64,000 bases of DNA. It comes from Octopus vulgaris. Lineage: Eukaryota. Shown piece by piece: positions 13,306-27,533 of this stretch. Below the pieces are notes generated by a model, which saw only the letters and a program-made list of their open reading frames with translations, did no database searches and was not told where the DNA came from. The stretch spans positions 71,920,001 to 71,984,000 of the forward strand of contig OX597824.1 in the NCBI GenBank assembly GCA_951406725.2. Direction: 5' to 3'. How positions within the stretch are numbered: the first letter of the stretch is position 1; the number at the start of each line of letters is the position of its first letter. The translations under genes were made by a program, and so were the position numbers.

Positions 13306-13560
13306 GGATATTTTCCTTTTGAACGGCACACAATTTCTAGTTAACTAAACACTTTAAAATTTCGTATACTGGTAGAATGTGTCAAAATAAAACATTTTTT
13401 TCTCTTGGCTTTCTTGAGAAAATTGTAATTTGTTTGTTTAACGTCGTTTAATTTTTCGAATTTTAACCAATCCTATGCTCTCTTTTGAGCTAAAATCATT
13501 TGCTGCGTCTAAAACTGAGACAACATCCTGTCACTAACCCTCAACCTAACCCTAAATATT
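13306..13560 (+). mobile_element. GG-terminated element with (TAACCC)-like tract at ~13535-13555
   Basis: GGATATTTTCCTTTTGAACGGC...AACTAAACACTTTAAAATTTCGTATACTGGTAGAATGTGTCA is homologous to the 3704 and 20441 termini. Confidence 0.6.
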
Positions 13561-14277
13561 TTTTTTCTTAATTGTTAAATTAATTTAATTGTTACGCGTG
13601 TAAAAAGAACGAAAGCAATGGAAAATAATTTAAACAATTAACAAACAAAATAATTCTATAATTTTATACACACGCTTTCCGTACGTATGCCCGTGTCTAA
13701 TCAACAACTATTACTATTTCTAACAAAGGAGATAACCTCTACGTCATTGACTGTCAGCTCTTCTGTCATTTAACTCTTCCCTTCACGTATTTCGCCATTG
13801 CTCCTATTCAAAAACATAAACTAAAATAATCTCTGTGTAACAAAACCTGCGTCGCTACCACAAAACGCTAGTGTGTGTTGAAATGAACTGGATATCATGT
13901 ATGAATGTAATTAATGCATGTTAATGTATGAAAATTAAATGCATGCGTGTATAGATACGTCTTTCTTTCCAAACGCTTTGAATTCTCTTAGAAACAAAAC
14001 CCCATTACTGGAATTTAGATTACTATAACAATAAAGTCTTTCATACTAAATGTCTTGCATATTTCTACTATTTTACTAAGACACTGAGATGGCAGAATGT
14101 GTGTAAGGCGATCGGTCTATAACCCGATCGCTTGAAAACCCCAGCTTTGAAATGCTAATTCTTAAACACTAACGAAGGTCACCAGTAATTATAGGTTCAA
14201 ATGTAAATTTGCGAAGTTGTACGTTTCGTAGCTGTTGTTTATGGAATCATTTTTCAGTCAATTATTTTGAAGGTAAT

Positions 14278-15052
14278 TGTAACGGCGTATTTTTTGTAAC
14301 GATAAAGTTTTTGGTTCAAGTCGACGGTCACCACTTTGTAGCAGGAGAAATTGTTTAGCAACACAATATTAAGAAATGTCGAGGTCAGCAGTTGTGACGA
14401 TAAAAAGTTGTTGTTATAATCTCATGTTCTAAAATGTGAAAGATGAACAATGCATGAAGTTTTAAGGAAATACTTATTTACCATTACGTTACAATACCTT
14501 GCCTCGACGGACAGGTTATGATAAAATCCAAAAAGCATGCGAAGTAAAGTTGGGTCGGTAGAATGTTTCATTACATAATTTGGCGTATACGAATAGTTAG
14601 TAGTAATCCACAGATAGCGATAGAATGATGTTGTAAGAGAACAGAATTTAGAGCTAGAGAGAATATTAGGGTGTTGTCTCACACTTGCTTTCTCCCTCTG
14701 ACCAAGGTTGGTTAGCCAGACCTCGTTGAGTCGTTACCGACTGTGACGAACTGATTTTTGCTTGGGGTGTGCTTGCTTATATAACTATCCAGAAGGATAG
14801 ATATATCATTGAGAACAATAAATTTAGTTGGTGGTCTTGTTATCTCTATTCTAGCTTTTGGTGAAGTAGAAGAGGTTAGAAAGGGTCAAATAGCGAAGAC
14901 ATTATTTCGGCCGAGCTAAAAGCATCTGGAAAATGTAAAACTGCTGTCAGAGAAAAACTATTGTTCCACCGTGGGAAAAGTTCTGTTGCAGTGTTAATTT
15001 AAGTTTGGCTGTGGTGGATCGAATCCACTTCATGCATGCAAGATCCACTACA
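14278..15052 (+). mobile_element. Solo LTR (Ty3/Gypsy-like), copy 1, 4-bp TSD TAAT
   Basis: Starts TGTAACG and ends ...GATCCACTACA, with TAAT on both flanks. TATATAA at ~14778 and AATAAA at ~14816. Homologous to 55336 and 61853. Confidence 0.85.
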
Positions 15053-15469
15053 TAATATTCACAGCAGCATGGCAGGTGACCCCAACTAGATGTTTTCTAT
15101 CTTAAACAATTGTCAGATGTCGTAGGTACCGCTGCTGAAGTCGTTTAGCCTTGTGAACAGACTAATGATAAAAGGAATTCTATCTGAATGTAGACCACAT
15201 TTTTGTATATCCAGGTCTGCATTATCCAATGTGTCCTCCCTTTTGTTTAAGACGATGGGGGTGTAATCTGAGAGGTTTGGCTGCTAGTGCTTGACTCCCG
15301 TAGACACCCTTTTTGTTGGCTTTTTTTTTGGCCTGTTGTGTTAGAATTTGGCAGCATTTTAAACTAGAATTCTCCTCTATAATAACTTCTATTGGAACGC
15401 GTGAATATACCCGCCGTCAGAATTAATTATTTAATTATTGAGCTCAGTGCACCCACCCACAGTTAGCCA

Positions 15470-15860
15470 TTGAATAGTGTTTTGACAACAAAGCCATAAA
15501 GCAAAGAAATGTGCTATCTTGATGACATTTCGGAGTAGCTGCTTATCACTTGTAATATCTTCCACAAACATGTGACATAATCGACACTTCCTGTCATTTT
15601 CAATTATCCAAAAAACACATCCATACATTAGCTTTTGCTGGTGTGTAAAACGTTTCTTCTTTAGAAATCCGTTGGAGTAGGTTCGTTCGATAGTGTGTGG
15701 GAAATATCTTCAGGAACTTGAAACATATTGAAAAATAAACTCCCAGCTTGTAAGACATTGCACACCTAATTTTTGAGAGCTTGTCTAAAGTAAATGCTTT
15801 GTCGCTGTTGATTAACAGATACAGTTTGAACGATATTATTCGACGCTCAAAGGTTATCTT
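15470..15860 (-). mobile_element. R4/Dong-like non-LTR fragment (Zn-knuckle region, degraded)
   Basis: Reads NDRKCRLCHMFVEDIT then, after a frameshift, VISSYSEMSSR*HISLLYGFVVKTLFN. This matches the CxxC..HxxSxC..RH motif that precedes restriction-like endonucleases. Confidence 0.65.
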
Positions 15861-16402
15861 CACTTGTCTTAGTCTCTTTGTTTTTGTTTACTTTTTGTAT
15901 TCAAAGTTCTGAGATACAGCCAGCCTATTGATACAGTTTCTACATGATATTAGGCTGTTAACGAGCAGTTTTATCAGTGAACGCGGTCTCAAAGCGACGA
16001 AAATATTTCGACAAATTAAATTTAAATGTTGAAGTGAATCTAACGGTTTTGTGTGTTTCTTAAATGGCTTATAAACACCTTCCACGCTGCAATTGTTGAC
16101 TTCCTTTTATTTTCTAGTTATTTGAATGCTTCCTATACAGGAGCAGGAACTTTCTAACGAACAAGTAACGTTCTATTGTTGGTATTTCGATAACAAACTC
16201 AATTAGGGCACAATAACACACAGAAGCTGGCAGAATTGTTAGAGCGTCGAAAATTTGCTTTGCGATATTTCTCCCGTCTTTTCATTCTGCGTTCAAATCC
16301 CTCCGCGATCAATTTTCTATATCAGTATTTACTTACGTTATGTTCAGTATGGAAAAGTTTGAAAATGTTAGTGTTACCCATTTTCTGTCGTTTATTTATT
16401 CT

Positions 16403-16550
16403 AGGCGCAGGAGTGGCTGTGTGGTAAGTAGCTTGCTTACCAGCCACATGGTTCCAGGTAGCAACTTGGGCAAGTGTCTTCTACTATAGCCTCGGGCCGA
16501 CCAAAGCCTTGTGGGTGGGTTTGGTAGACGGAAACTGAAAGAAGCCCGTC

Positions 16551-16612
<62 letters not shown>

Positions 16613-16615
16613 GTA

Positions 16616-16647
<32 letters not shown>

Positions 16648-16878
16648 TTTGTGTATCTGTGTTCGTCCCCCAACATAGCTTGACAACCGATGCGTGTGTG
16701 TATACTTGTTTCAGTCATTTGACTGTGGCCATGCAGGAGCACCGCCTTTAGTCGAGCAAATCGACCCCAGGACTTATTCTTTGTAAGCCTTCTTCTAGGC
16801 TTTGGTCGACCCGAGGCTATAGTAGAAGACACTTGCCCAAGGTTCCACGCAGTGGGACTGAACCCGGAACCATGTGGT
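16403..16878 (+). mobile_element. SINE family C: + strand 5' part (16403-16695) joined to an inverted, internally deleted piece (16703-16878)
   Basis: AGGCGCAGGAGTGGCTGTGTGGTAAG head and an internal TA/TG microsatellite, followed by reverse-oriented family C sequence. Confidence 0.8.
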
Positions 16879-17664
16879 ACGAAAATGTGAAAATGATGTT
16901 GAATGTCTGTTTTTATTGGAGGAGTGTCGTTCATCAAGAATTTGTCTCACGTGGTCACACAATTAATAAAAAATCTTGCCCCATCCCACTATCATAATGA
17001 AGCACGAGCACGTTGAAGAGCATAGTCTTAAATACACTATGCTTGAAAAATGACGAGTTGGTCATGGCTGGAATGTCATTGACTCTAGGTATGCTCGATA
17101 ACAACTTATCAAATTCACTGGAGATTAAGACTTCCCTCCTCCTCCCTCGACTCTCGCTTCCAGTGATACCGGAAGAAGACAACGAAAGCTTCGCAGGAAA
17201 GGAAAAGATATGACATTAAACCTTTCAGTTTTGCCCACTTATACGAGGTCTCATTGTAGCTATCGAGTACAGCCACACTGCCTGAGCTTCTTTGATAAAA
17301 TGGGGTGGGGGAGAAAAGAAAAAATGGGCGGCAAAATTGTCTTTATGATAAAACTCGATATTCTTTTATATATTTTATACACCTACCACATACATTCACA
17401 CACACACTTATACAGGATGAAAATCAAAAAAACCTGTCAAAGGGCGGATGAACTCACTGGAGAAAATGGCCACTCAACAATTTCTACAAAGGCACTTTAA
17501 ATGTGTGTGTGTGTGACATCAGAATACAATTTAGCATTTCCAAGTGTGGAACGATTATGTTGAAATGAAAATGCCTTAAAAGTGATGGAATGAATCTGCC
17601 GAGCGAAGATGAATTAAAGGAGATTGCCACAGTATTTATCGTTCTACTGTAATACTGTAATAGT

Positions 17665-17963
17665 TTGTTTGTTCCTTCTCGAGCCACGCCTGGCTCATAA
17701 GGGCCGGTTTCCCGGTTTCCTTGGCGTATAGGTTCACCACCTGGACGGGACGCCGGTCCGCCGCAGGTGAGCTGCAAGATGCAGGAGTGAGAGAAAGTTG
17801 TGGCGAAAGTGTCAGCAGAAGTTTGCCATTACCTTCTGCCGGAGCCGCGTGGAGCTTAGGTGTTTCGCTCATAAACACACACATCGCCCGGTCTGAGATT
17901 CGAACCCGCGATCCCTCAACCGCGAGTCCGCTGCTCTAACGTCTAGGCCATGTGCCTCCACGC
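17665..17963 (-). mobile_element. SINE family A, full length with 13-bp TSD
   Basis: Reverse complement of 8289-8584; ATACTGTAATAGT on both flanks. Confidence 0.9.
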
Positions 17964-18594
17964 ATACTGTAATAGTAATAAATATACACCTCCATTTTAT
18001 AAATTTCTGTTTAGTTGTTATTGTTGTTATTTAGCCCCAGGTCAGCCCTGACTGAGCAGACCAATAATCAAAAACGTGAAGTGAGGGCCCTGCTGAGCTT
18101 TGAACCATAGCTCTCAGATTTTCCCTGTCCAGAACCATGATTGTGTTTCATACAAGGAAAAGTGTTGCCATAAAACGTATTAACGCCTGAATGAATATAC
18201 CTCGAACAATCAGTATTGGCTGACTTAGTATAGTTGATGCAGCAAACTTCCAAGCAAGTCTGCGAATTTTCCCACCAAACATTTTCGCCGAAGATTCTAA
18301 AAGGATGACTTAGATCAGGCCAAACCGAAAGACCACGTTCCTTTACTTCGTTCGTTTCAAATAGCTAAAATAATTACTGAGCTGTGGCAGCTTTAAGACA
18401 TGTAATATTATTTACAATAATGTAATGTAAGATGATATCAAGCTTTAATGTGTTGTGAAACAGTCCTATGATCAAAGGTATTTCAGGCATGGCCTCCACA
18501 TCATTTTTCATATCTAGGGCAACAGTGTCCAAAATAGGGTGTGGTGTGATGGAATTTGCTTGCTATTTCTAGCAGATTCAATGACCATGTAGAG

Positions 18595-19007
18595 TAGTTG
18601 TTATTAACCTCTTTTTTTTTCTTTACAGTTCTCCCGCCCGCCCTTTTAAGTAGTTGTTACGCCTAGCGCCCATCTAAGTAGTTAGTGAGGTATCACGAGT
18701 AAACTAACTTAACACGGATGATAATTTATAAATTTTATCCTAAAAATAGATTTTGTAAGTTTTTAATAGTGAAATGGTAAAAATATTAATTAAAAACAGA
18801 AGCTGTAAATTTACTTTATACATTGTAAGTTAATGACTTCCCTGTTCCTGATAAAGTTTCATTTTAATTTATTCTATTAACCATTACTAGTTTTATCATG
18901 TATAACATAATTATTACTATAGGTAATATGTTACCTCATTGCCTCCTCACCCTTTTACCTGCCCAGTGCTCCTTTGGGGGCTATACGGCCCACGTTGAGA
19001 ACCTCTG
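18595..19007. mobile_element. hAT-type MITE (degraded left end)
   Basis: Right end GTTGAGAACCTCTG (rc CAGAGGTTCTCAAC), left end TAGTTGTTATTAAC. Flanks ATGTAGAG/GCTTAGAG partly match. Confidence 0.55.
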
Positions 19008-19189
19008 GCTTAGAGCTATAAAGGCAGTATATTCAACTTAAGGTCAGAGTCACTCGGTTGTCTTGAGAAATCTCTCACTTGTCTCAGCAATTTGGTCCCT
19101 GCCCTTTCATTCACTTTTTTATGTAACGTGCTTATGTCATACTTAACCAAAGCACCAATCCTAATATAATGATTATATGCATTGATAAT

Positions 19190-19404
19190 ATAGGTTTCAA
19201 ATTTTGGCACAAGGCTAACAATTTCTGGGAGGGAGTAAGTCGATTACATCGAGCCCAGTGCTCAACTGGTACTCATTTTATCGACCCCGAAAGGATGGAA
19301 GGCAAAGTCGACCTCAGTGGTATTTTAACTCAGAAAGCAAAGACGGATGAAATGCTGTTAAGCATTTTGTCCAGCATGCTAACGATTTTGCCAGCTCGCC
19401 GCCT
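19190..19404 (-). mobile_element. SINE family B (alternative 3' tail)
   Basis: ATCGACCCCGAAAGGATG..GGCAAAGTCGACCTC..CCAGCTCGCCGCC. Confidence 0.8.
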
Positions 19405-19436
19405 TATATGCATTAATAATATTATATAGCAAGTTG

Positions 19437-19875
19437 TGTTACAGAATATTTCTAAATGTTATGTACTTAATGTTGTTTCATTAATATATTGGGTATACTT
19501 TGTGTGGGGATCGGCATGCCAAAAGGCGTCTAAAGGAGGCTTGATGTAGGATTTGCACGACAACATCTTAAAACCCTCACCAGCAAAGACTGCCCAAACA
19601 GACCCAACTAGGTTGGTTTGAAGGGTTGTTGCTTGGGTGGTGCAAAGGTGTCATGAACCGGGAGTAGGAAATGCCGACAAATGTTAGATGTGGTGGCTCG
19701 CTACAACAGCGCACATCTCCACATCTGACCTGACCTGCCCTTTGTAAATATCAACAATGCATTGTTAATAAAATATTTATAAACTCAAATTCTTGTGGGG
19801 TCATTGTCTTCACACGCAACCTATAAAACATTGCGAACAGGCAACGAAGACTATACGACTAACGAAGACTATATG
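19437..19875 (+). mobile_element. Candidate LTR (19437-19830) with PBS-like sequence
   Basis: TGTTACA...AAAACA with AATAAA at ~19767, followed immediately by TTGCGAACAGG, which resembles a TGGCG- primer-binding site. Single copy in the window. Confidence 0.35.
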
Positions 19876-19989
19876 ATTAACTAAAGAGTTTCTAGTCACG
19901 ATTACACCATTTTCACTTTTCAAACATTGTATATAAAACAGCATTGTTATATGTGTGCTCTCTTCTTAAATTTTAAAATTAAACTAGAG

Positions 19990-20668
19990 TAGTGGCTTTC
20001 AAACAGGGTCCATATGGCTCCCGAGGAACCTTATAAGACTTTTGGAAATCCATGTAACAAAATAGTAAATTAGGGATCAGCAATAATATTTTAAGGGCCC
20101 CGAAAACCCTAACCCTAACCCTAAAACCTTAAAACTAAAAGCAGTACAAACGCACGAACGGTGTCATAAATAACAGTGACAAACGAAAAATACACCGCCG
20201 ATAGTTGTTGTTGACAAACAGCGGCAGTAATTTTATTCAGCTGAATACACGTCATTGATTGGTTGAAATTACCGAAATACGCCAACTTTAAGGTGAAATT
20301 ACCTCGTAAATATAAGTTTTTCTCAAAAATGCTAAGAGTAAAAGATATTTTATATGACACATTCTACCAGTGTCCGAAGTTTGAAAGTGTTTAGTTACAA
20401 AAAATTATTTTAAAAATCTGTCGGTCAAAAGGTAAAGATCCAAATTTTGCTTTAGATGTATGTATTAAAAGGAACAGCTAGGTTACTTTCTCTAACATTT
20501 TACATAGCTCAACCTGCACAAGTTAATGTGTGAAAAACAAAATAGGAATTTTGAAAGAAGTTTCTATAAAACTAGTTTTTAAACAACGAATGACTGTGGG
20601 TGTCCACCAGAATAAAATAGTACTCAAAGGGGTCCATAGATAAAAAAAAAAATGGTTGAGAACCCATG
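19990..20668. mobile_element. hAT (Buster/Charlie-type) MITE with 8-bp TSD, carrying a nested insertion
   Basis: Ends TAGTGGCTTTCAAAC and GGTTGAGAACCCATG. TSD AACTAGAG/CACTAGAG fits the nnnTAnnn pattern. Confidence 0.75.
20106..20441 (-). mobile_element. GG-terminated element ending in (TTAGGG)n, nested in the hAT MITE
   Basis: The reverse complement reads GGATCTTTACC...TTTTAGGGTTAGGGTTAGGGT. Confidence 0.75.
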
Positions 20669-21345
20669 CACTAGAGAGTGACAAAAATAGATTTGGCTAC
20701 TATTTCTTGCAGGTCCAGCGCCCACATACAGAACTCTGCGTTGGTTCGTCTCTCAAGTTTATCTGTCGGACGCCATGTCTTTCTAAAAGAATCCATCTTA
20801 ACTTTGGACTATACGAAATGACATATTTCTTCTGGAGTGCGTTAACATCCTTTATTATTTCAAACTAATTCCCTGTACCCCTTCCACTGCCAGTTTCTGT
20901 TCTTCTGTTCTAGTTTAACCGGGCCCTTACTCCTCCGTTACCATCTGCCTATTTATAAAACTGCCGATATCGACTAATGATGTCGTAAATCAAGCAATTA
21001 CTGTCAAGCATCAAGAAGAAAGACAACACTTTGTTTTATACACTTAACCCTCCTTTACATGTATGTACACACCCACGCGCGCATACACATACATGCGCAC
21101 TCACACACACACACACACACACACATACGCACACACACGCGCACACATGAATGTGTGTGTGCGTGAGTGTGATGTGTTGTGCGCGTATGTGTATGTGTGT
21201 GGATATATATTTGTGGATATATATGCATATACACATTCCTAAACGCGCGCGCACACACATACACACACACATACACTCTCTCTCACACACGCACATACAC
21301 ATGTGAGTTCCTCTGCGTGTGTGTGTGTATATGTATTTGTATGTA

Positions 21346-21424
<79 letters not shown>

Positions 21425-21538
21425 ATACATACATACATATCTATAAAAGAATGAAAGAGACCTCGATATTATGTAGAAGAATTTATACATACATACATCT
21501 AAAGTAAAAATTTTTTTGGGGCCCTTAAAATATTACAG

Positions 21539-21590
<52 letters not shown>

Positions 21591-21618
21591 ACATACACAC
21601 ACACACATATATATATAT

Positions 21619-21835
21619 AAAGTTAATCCAAACATGAAAACACAAAGAGAAAACACAACAACGCGAGGACGTGGAACAAGTATAGTATTATTGGACGCTC
21701 AGGAAAGAAGGAAAGAAGGAGGGTTTAACGTTTTGAGCGGAGCTCTTCGTCAGAAACATAGGAAAAGGAAAGATTCAAAGAAGGGAAGACGGAGGAAGAA
21801 AAATAGCCAACGGTACACACGCGGTCACATTTTGA
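21619..21835 (-). mobile_element. ~200-bp non-coding element with HHR motif (21723-21757)
   Basis: rc GTTT-CTGACGA-A-GAGC-tcc-GCTC-aAAA-CG-TT-AAAC. Homologous to 41500-41678. Confidence 0.65.
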
Positions 21836-21891
21836 TATATAATTGCAATAATAAAGGATAAAACTTGTTTAAAATTTTTTTATCATTGTCC

Positions 21892-22023
21892 AGCATATAA
21901 AATGAAACCAATTAAGGTGAAAATTATATGTATAATTATAATAATGGGTTAGAAAAATTTTTCTAAGCCATTATTATAATTATACATATAATTTTCACCT
22001 TAACTGGTTTCATTTTATTTGCT
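21892..22023. repeat. Near-perfect 132-bp palindrome
   Basis: AGCATATAAAATGAAACCAATTAAGGTGAAAATTATATGTATAATTATAATAATGGGTTAGAAAAA is followed directly by its reverse complement with ~3 mismatches. Confidence 0.9.
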
Positions 22024-22216
22024 CAATATATTTTTTCCTCACTCGTTTATTACTGTTCTTATTTTATTATTTTAACTCATGCCCATTGTCAGGAAATCTT
22101 ACGTCACACATCTGTGACCTCTTCAGCAATACTTTCCGATTTCGTGTGTTGTTGTTGCTCCACTTACTGCATTTTGTTCTTTTAAGATGCGTATTCTTAT
22201 ATGCGCATGCGTGTCC

Positions 22217-22257
<41 letters not shown>

Positions 22258-22823
22258 TGTGTACGTACGTGTACGTGCGTGCGTGTGTACGCTTATATGT
22301 GTGTCATAGTTTTTCGCAGCAGTATGGCCTTCCCCTCAATCCCATCCTTTCACCCCATTGTGCTGCTGCTGTCCTAAGACCCGAAAAAAAAAAATGGTGC
22401 AGTTCCTGTATTCCTCAGTGTATGTGTGTTCGCCCACGGTGTTGCCATCTTGGTAGTAGTTGTTTTTGCCATCGTTGGTATCGCCGCTGCTGTTGACCGT
22501 GTTAGTCGTGTTGTTGACATTGTTATGGCCGTCCATGAAGTTTCATGTGTGTATGTGTTGTGTGTGTGTATGGGTCCGCTTCGTATCTTGTATGTGTCTC
22601 TGCCCTTTATATAGTTTTATTTATTTATTTTATCCGTCTCTATGTCTTACATTTATCACAGGTATGTGACAGATATATTTATGTATTCACTTATTCACTT
22701 ATTTTTACATCTCTCTCTATTTCTCATAAGTATCATAGGTAAGTGCATATATGTCTGTTGTGTGTGTATTACCCTGTATGTTTCTGTGTATTATTTACGG
22801 TTTTTTTCTTCTGTTTTTCCCTC

Positions 22824-23417
<594 letters not shown>

Positions 23418-24314
23418 TTGTATGGGTAGGGGTATAAATATATATGTGCATGTGTGTGTATGTATGTATGTATTTATGTATGTGTGTATGTATGTATGTA
23501 TGTATGTATGTATGTATGTATGTATGTATGTATGTATGTATTGTGTATGTATGTATGTATGTATGTATGCATGAACAGTTACCGATGCACTGAATGCGCG
23601 ATAAATTATCCTAGAAAGAAGTTGAGACTCGATTTTCAGCTATAGTAAACTCTCAGATCGGTATTATGCAGTCAGTGTTACATCAATATAGACTATGGGT
23701 ATTACATAGTAACAAGAACCACGTGTAGTTTATATTAATAAAAACCAGAAAACAAGTTGCTGATGTTTTGGATATTTCATTGCGTACATTTCAATAATCT
23801 ATAATCAATAATTGAATCGATTACTGACCACGCGCGTGTGTATAATACATACATACAGACTGACAGACAAGCAAACAGAATGACAGATAGACAGACCGGC
23901 CAAACGACAGACTAACAGATAGAATGCAATTTTAAAGTAACAAATATAAAATGGTAATACATAAATATTTTGTAGAAGAAATACAATGAAATTATAATAA
24001 TGCCCCATGGTAGGGTGTAATCATGCAATCCATTTTATGGATGTCTTAAATATAATAATGTTCAAAACTATTCTATTCCCTGCAGAAATTGAACCAAACA
24101 TTGCAATATATAAATCTGATGTATGAGTATTTTACGTTACTGTCACTTCATTCAGAAGTGGGTTGGTCACAGCCGGTGAGATTTATTGTACAACCGAGCC
24201 TTTGAAGTATACCGGTGAGAAAGATAGGAACCGCCAATCTTTAATGACTCAGACACCTACGCTCTCTTCATTGTTATATACTTTATTAGAAGTAACCTTG
24301 GTGCTCATATTTAT

Positions 24315-24354
<40 letters not shown>

Positions 24355-26760
24355 CTCTCTCTCTCTCATACATATTATACGTGTGTGTTCGTGTCGTCTG
24401 TGTGTGTTCGTGTCGTCTGTGTGTTCGTGTCGTCTGTATGTGATCGCGTAGGCATCCGTCATTCTTATTGCACTATGCCTTTGGACGTCACGCTGGGAAG
24501 ATCTGATAAAAACTGCTGCGACCGAGTCGTTCCCTGCAGGTGTGACAACTTTCAACGTTGAAGTAGTATATTCTGGGTAACAAAAACCGATACCAAATTA
24601 TGTAGTGAAAAACCAACAGTTACTTACGTAACAAATTCTCCTTCAGTTCACAGTACTAAAGTAGCTAACTGCCTACATATGAGTAATAGCATGATTTGTC
24701 AAACCTCCTATAAACTTCAATCTAAGCATCGGTTCTCAGGAGCATGAAAGAGGGAGTGTACAGTTAGTATTATCTCATATTCAAGACTGACCAACAGGAA
24801 TTAGGGGCAAATGATAATTTCATTATCCCATGTTGAAAGTATCCTCCCCTCTATATTTGGAGGGGTTTAAAGACATGCTCACGAATATCTAGTTTATAAC
24901 AGTCTTATCCTCGTGTCCAACTTTTGAAGGTGTTGCAAATTGGGTCTAGGTAAGGCTGTGTGTAAATGATGTAACAACACCACATCGGCCAACTATAACT
25001 ACATATCCAGGTTGAGTTCAAGTCGTGAAAAGTGACTATTATAAATGGCAAGATTGTGTGATCGTGGGTTGTTATATACTGAACATTGGTGCTAAGACTA
25101 AGCCTTTATACAACTCTTGAACCGAGACATTCCAGAAAGATCTAGAATTATCTATCTCGTGAAGATTGGCTGCTAGTTGGCCAATAACTCGGCCTCCCAC
25201 ATGGACAAAGTGTTGTTATGCCGTGACTTAAACTTCGTAACCTAACGACCCGGTTTCGAGTCATGCGACAAAGGCAAAGATTGGATATTTTGTAGGTTGG
25301 TGAAGTCGGTAATATTTTAACGTGGAGAGGATGAAGGGGTTGATTTATCGAACCCTTCGTTTTTCAGAGATTATAATGTGGACAACTTTGCCTTTCATCC
25401 TTTCGGAGCCGATAGAATAAGTACCAGTTGAGCACTGGAGTCGATATAAACGGCTTACCACATCTCCCGAAAATACTGGCCTTGTACTAAAGTTTGAAAG
25501 CAATATGATAGATACTCTCCAACCTCCTTTCATGTGCTTTGTAGATTTACGTCCGTAGGGAGACTTGCATGTATTAATGAGCCTGAAATTTATGTCAGTA
25601 GGAAAGCTAGACCCTAGAAGGTTCCACCAAACTGACCAGGACTTAGATGAAAGGTCCAAACAAAACAGCAAGTCGAGATCCAACAACACCAACTATCAGA
25701 AATCAGTTTGATTCAATAGTTTTAATATTACAGTATACTCAAATACTGAGAATGAATTAAGTACGTAAGTCGTTTGATCGTTGGATAGCATGCTTTGAGC
25801 ATTTGTTTCGGCCCTTAGGGCTTTGAGTTGAAATCCCCTTAAGATCAACTTTACCTTTCAGTACTTTCGGGGTTGATAAGTAAAATAACAGACCATGTTA
25901 GTGTGGAAAAGTAAGGACATCAGACTGGCTACCTTGTGATGTCTTTTCCGACTCTGCGCGTTCTAATTTCAAATCTCGCCTCTTGATATACACAAACAAA
26001 CAAACAAACAAACAAACAAACAAATAAATAAATAAAAGGTGACACTCTGTTAGGAGCAATGGAAAGATCAACGGAAACAAAGTTTCTTTGGTTCTATCGG
26101 AAAAATCAGTTACCATTATCAATTCGTAACCCAATTAACCCGACTATATCTTTATTCATAGCACCACTTGGTTGATGATATAATAGGGATAGACTGTTCC
26201 ATTGATGGGAACTTCAACACGGTGGCTCGATCGACTAGAAATAGCAGTTAAATCTTTCTCACTCCTTTTGCGAAAAGAAAAAATACAGGGAATAATGTAA
26301 TTCCGTGTTCACTGTGCCTAGAAACAGTAATTAAATCTTACTAAAATCATATCCTTATCGAAAAGAATTCATTGAATATTGTAGTCCAATGTGCATTGTG
26401 CCTAGAAACACAGGTGGAATGGTCGCAGCCTTTGAACCATAGATTTGCTGGATCAAAGCTGGCTTGTGATAAAACAACTACCAATAAATCGGTCACCACC
26501 ACTTTGGAATAGTTAAAAAAAAAATGAATGAACGAACAATAAAAGGTAAACAAGCAACACTTGAAATATTTGACATTGCTTAAACTCTAAAAAGAGAGAG
26601 AAAAAAAAAACAAAAAAACTCTGATAACACGTTAGCTCACTTTGTTAAAGAGCATGTTTTTGTTGGCATGTCATATCTATACAAACAGATAAACCAAAAC
26701 AAAAACAAACAATAAATGATAATAATAAAGCATACACACACATATGCTTATATAGAAACA

Positions 26761-27291
26761 CTAGACTACCTACCCGTGACCCGTTAGGTCACCAGTAGTT
26801 CGAGGTACCCGAAAAAACCGCGTATCTCAGGAGCCCGCGCTCCGATTTACCCGAAACTCGTTTTATTCCGTTTGCATTCACATTTCAATGGTACTTTGCT
26901 TTCAGAGTATTTTCCCATTATGTGCCGGTTTGGCTTCTTATAAAGGTACCCGAAAAAATCGCATATCTTGGGAACCCGTGGTCCGATTTACGCGAAGCCT
27001 GTCTTATTCTGTTTGTATTCGCATTTCAGGGGCACATTATATTTAGAGGATTTCCCCCATTATGCGCTGGTTTGGCTGTATTAAATTACAGACAAGCACG
27101 CACACAAGCAAACACGCAAACAAAACTATCCAGGTGTTCACAGTAAAGAGCAATAACTCCAGGTTTCACTGCTTAAATTTGTGGAAACAAACAAAAAGAG
27201 AAAAAAAATCCGTGATCCGATTTACGCGAAACTTGCATGCAAGCAAGCACACAAGCAAACAATCACAGACTTTTAGTATTATATATATATA
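26761..27291 (-). mobile_element. Non-autonomous Helitron with internal ~140-bp tandem units
   Basis: On the minus strand the 3' end is hairpin GTGACC/GGTCAC then CTAG|T, and the 5' end is TATATATATAATACTAAAAGTCTG. GGTACCCGAAAAAA units lie at ~26804 and ~26945. Confidence 0.7.
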
Positions 27292-27474
27292 AGGCTTGGA
27301 AGTGTCCATAAAGGATAAGGTGTGTGTGTATGTGTGTGTGTGTGTATGTGTGTGTGTGTATGTGTGTACGTGTGTGAGAGTATCCAAAATACGCCATAAG
27401 TCCTAACGGTACCCCTACGATTCCACCAAAGAGTTGAGGGCCCAAAGCAAAGCATAGAAACATATATAGATGCA

Positions 27475-27533
<59 letters not shown>

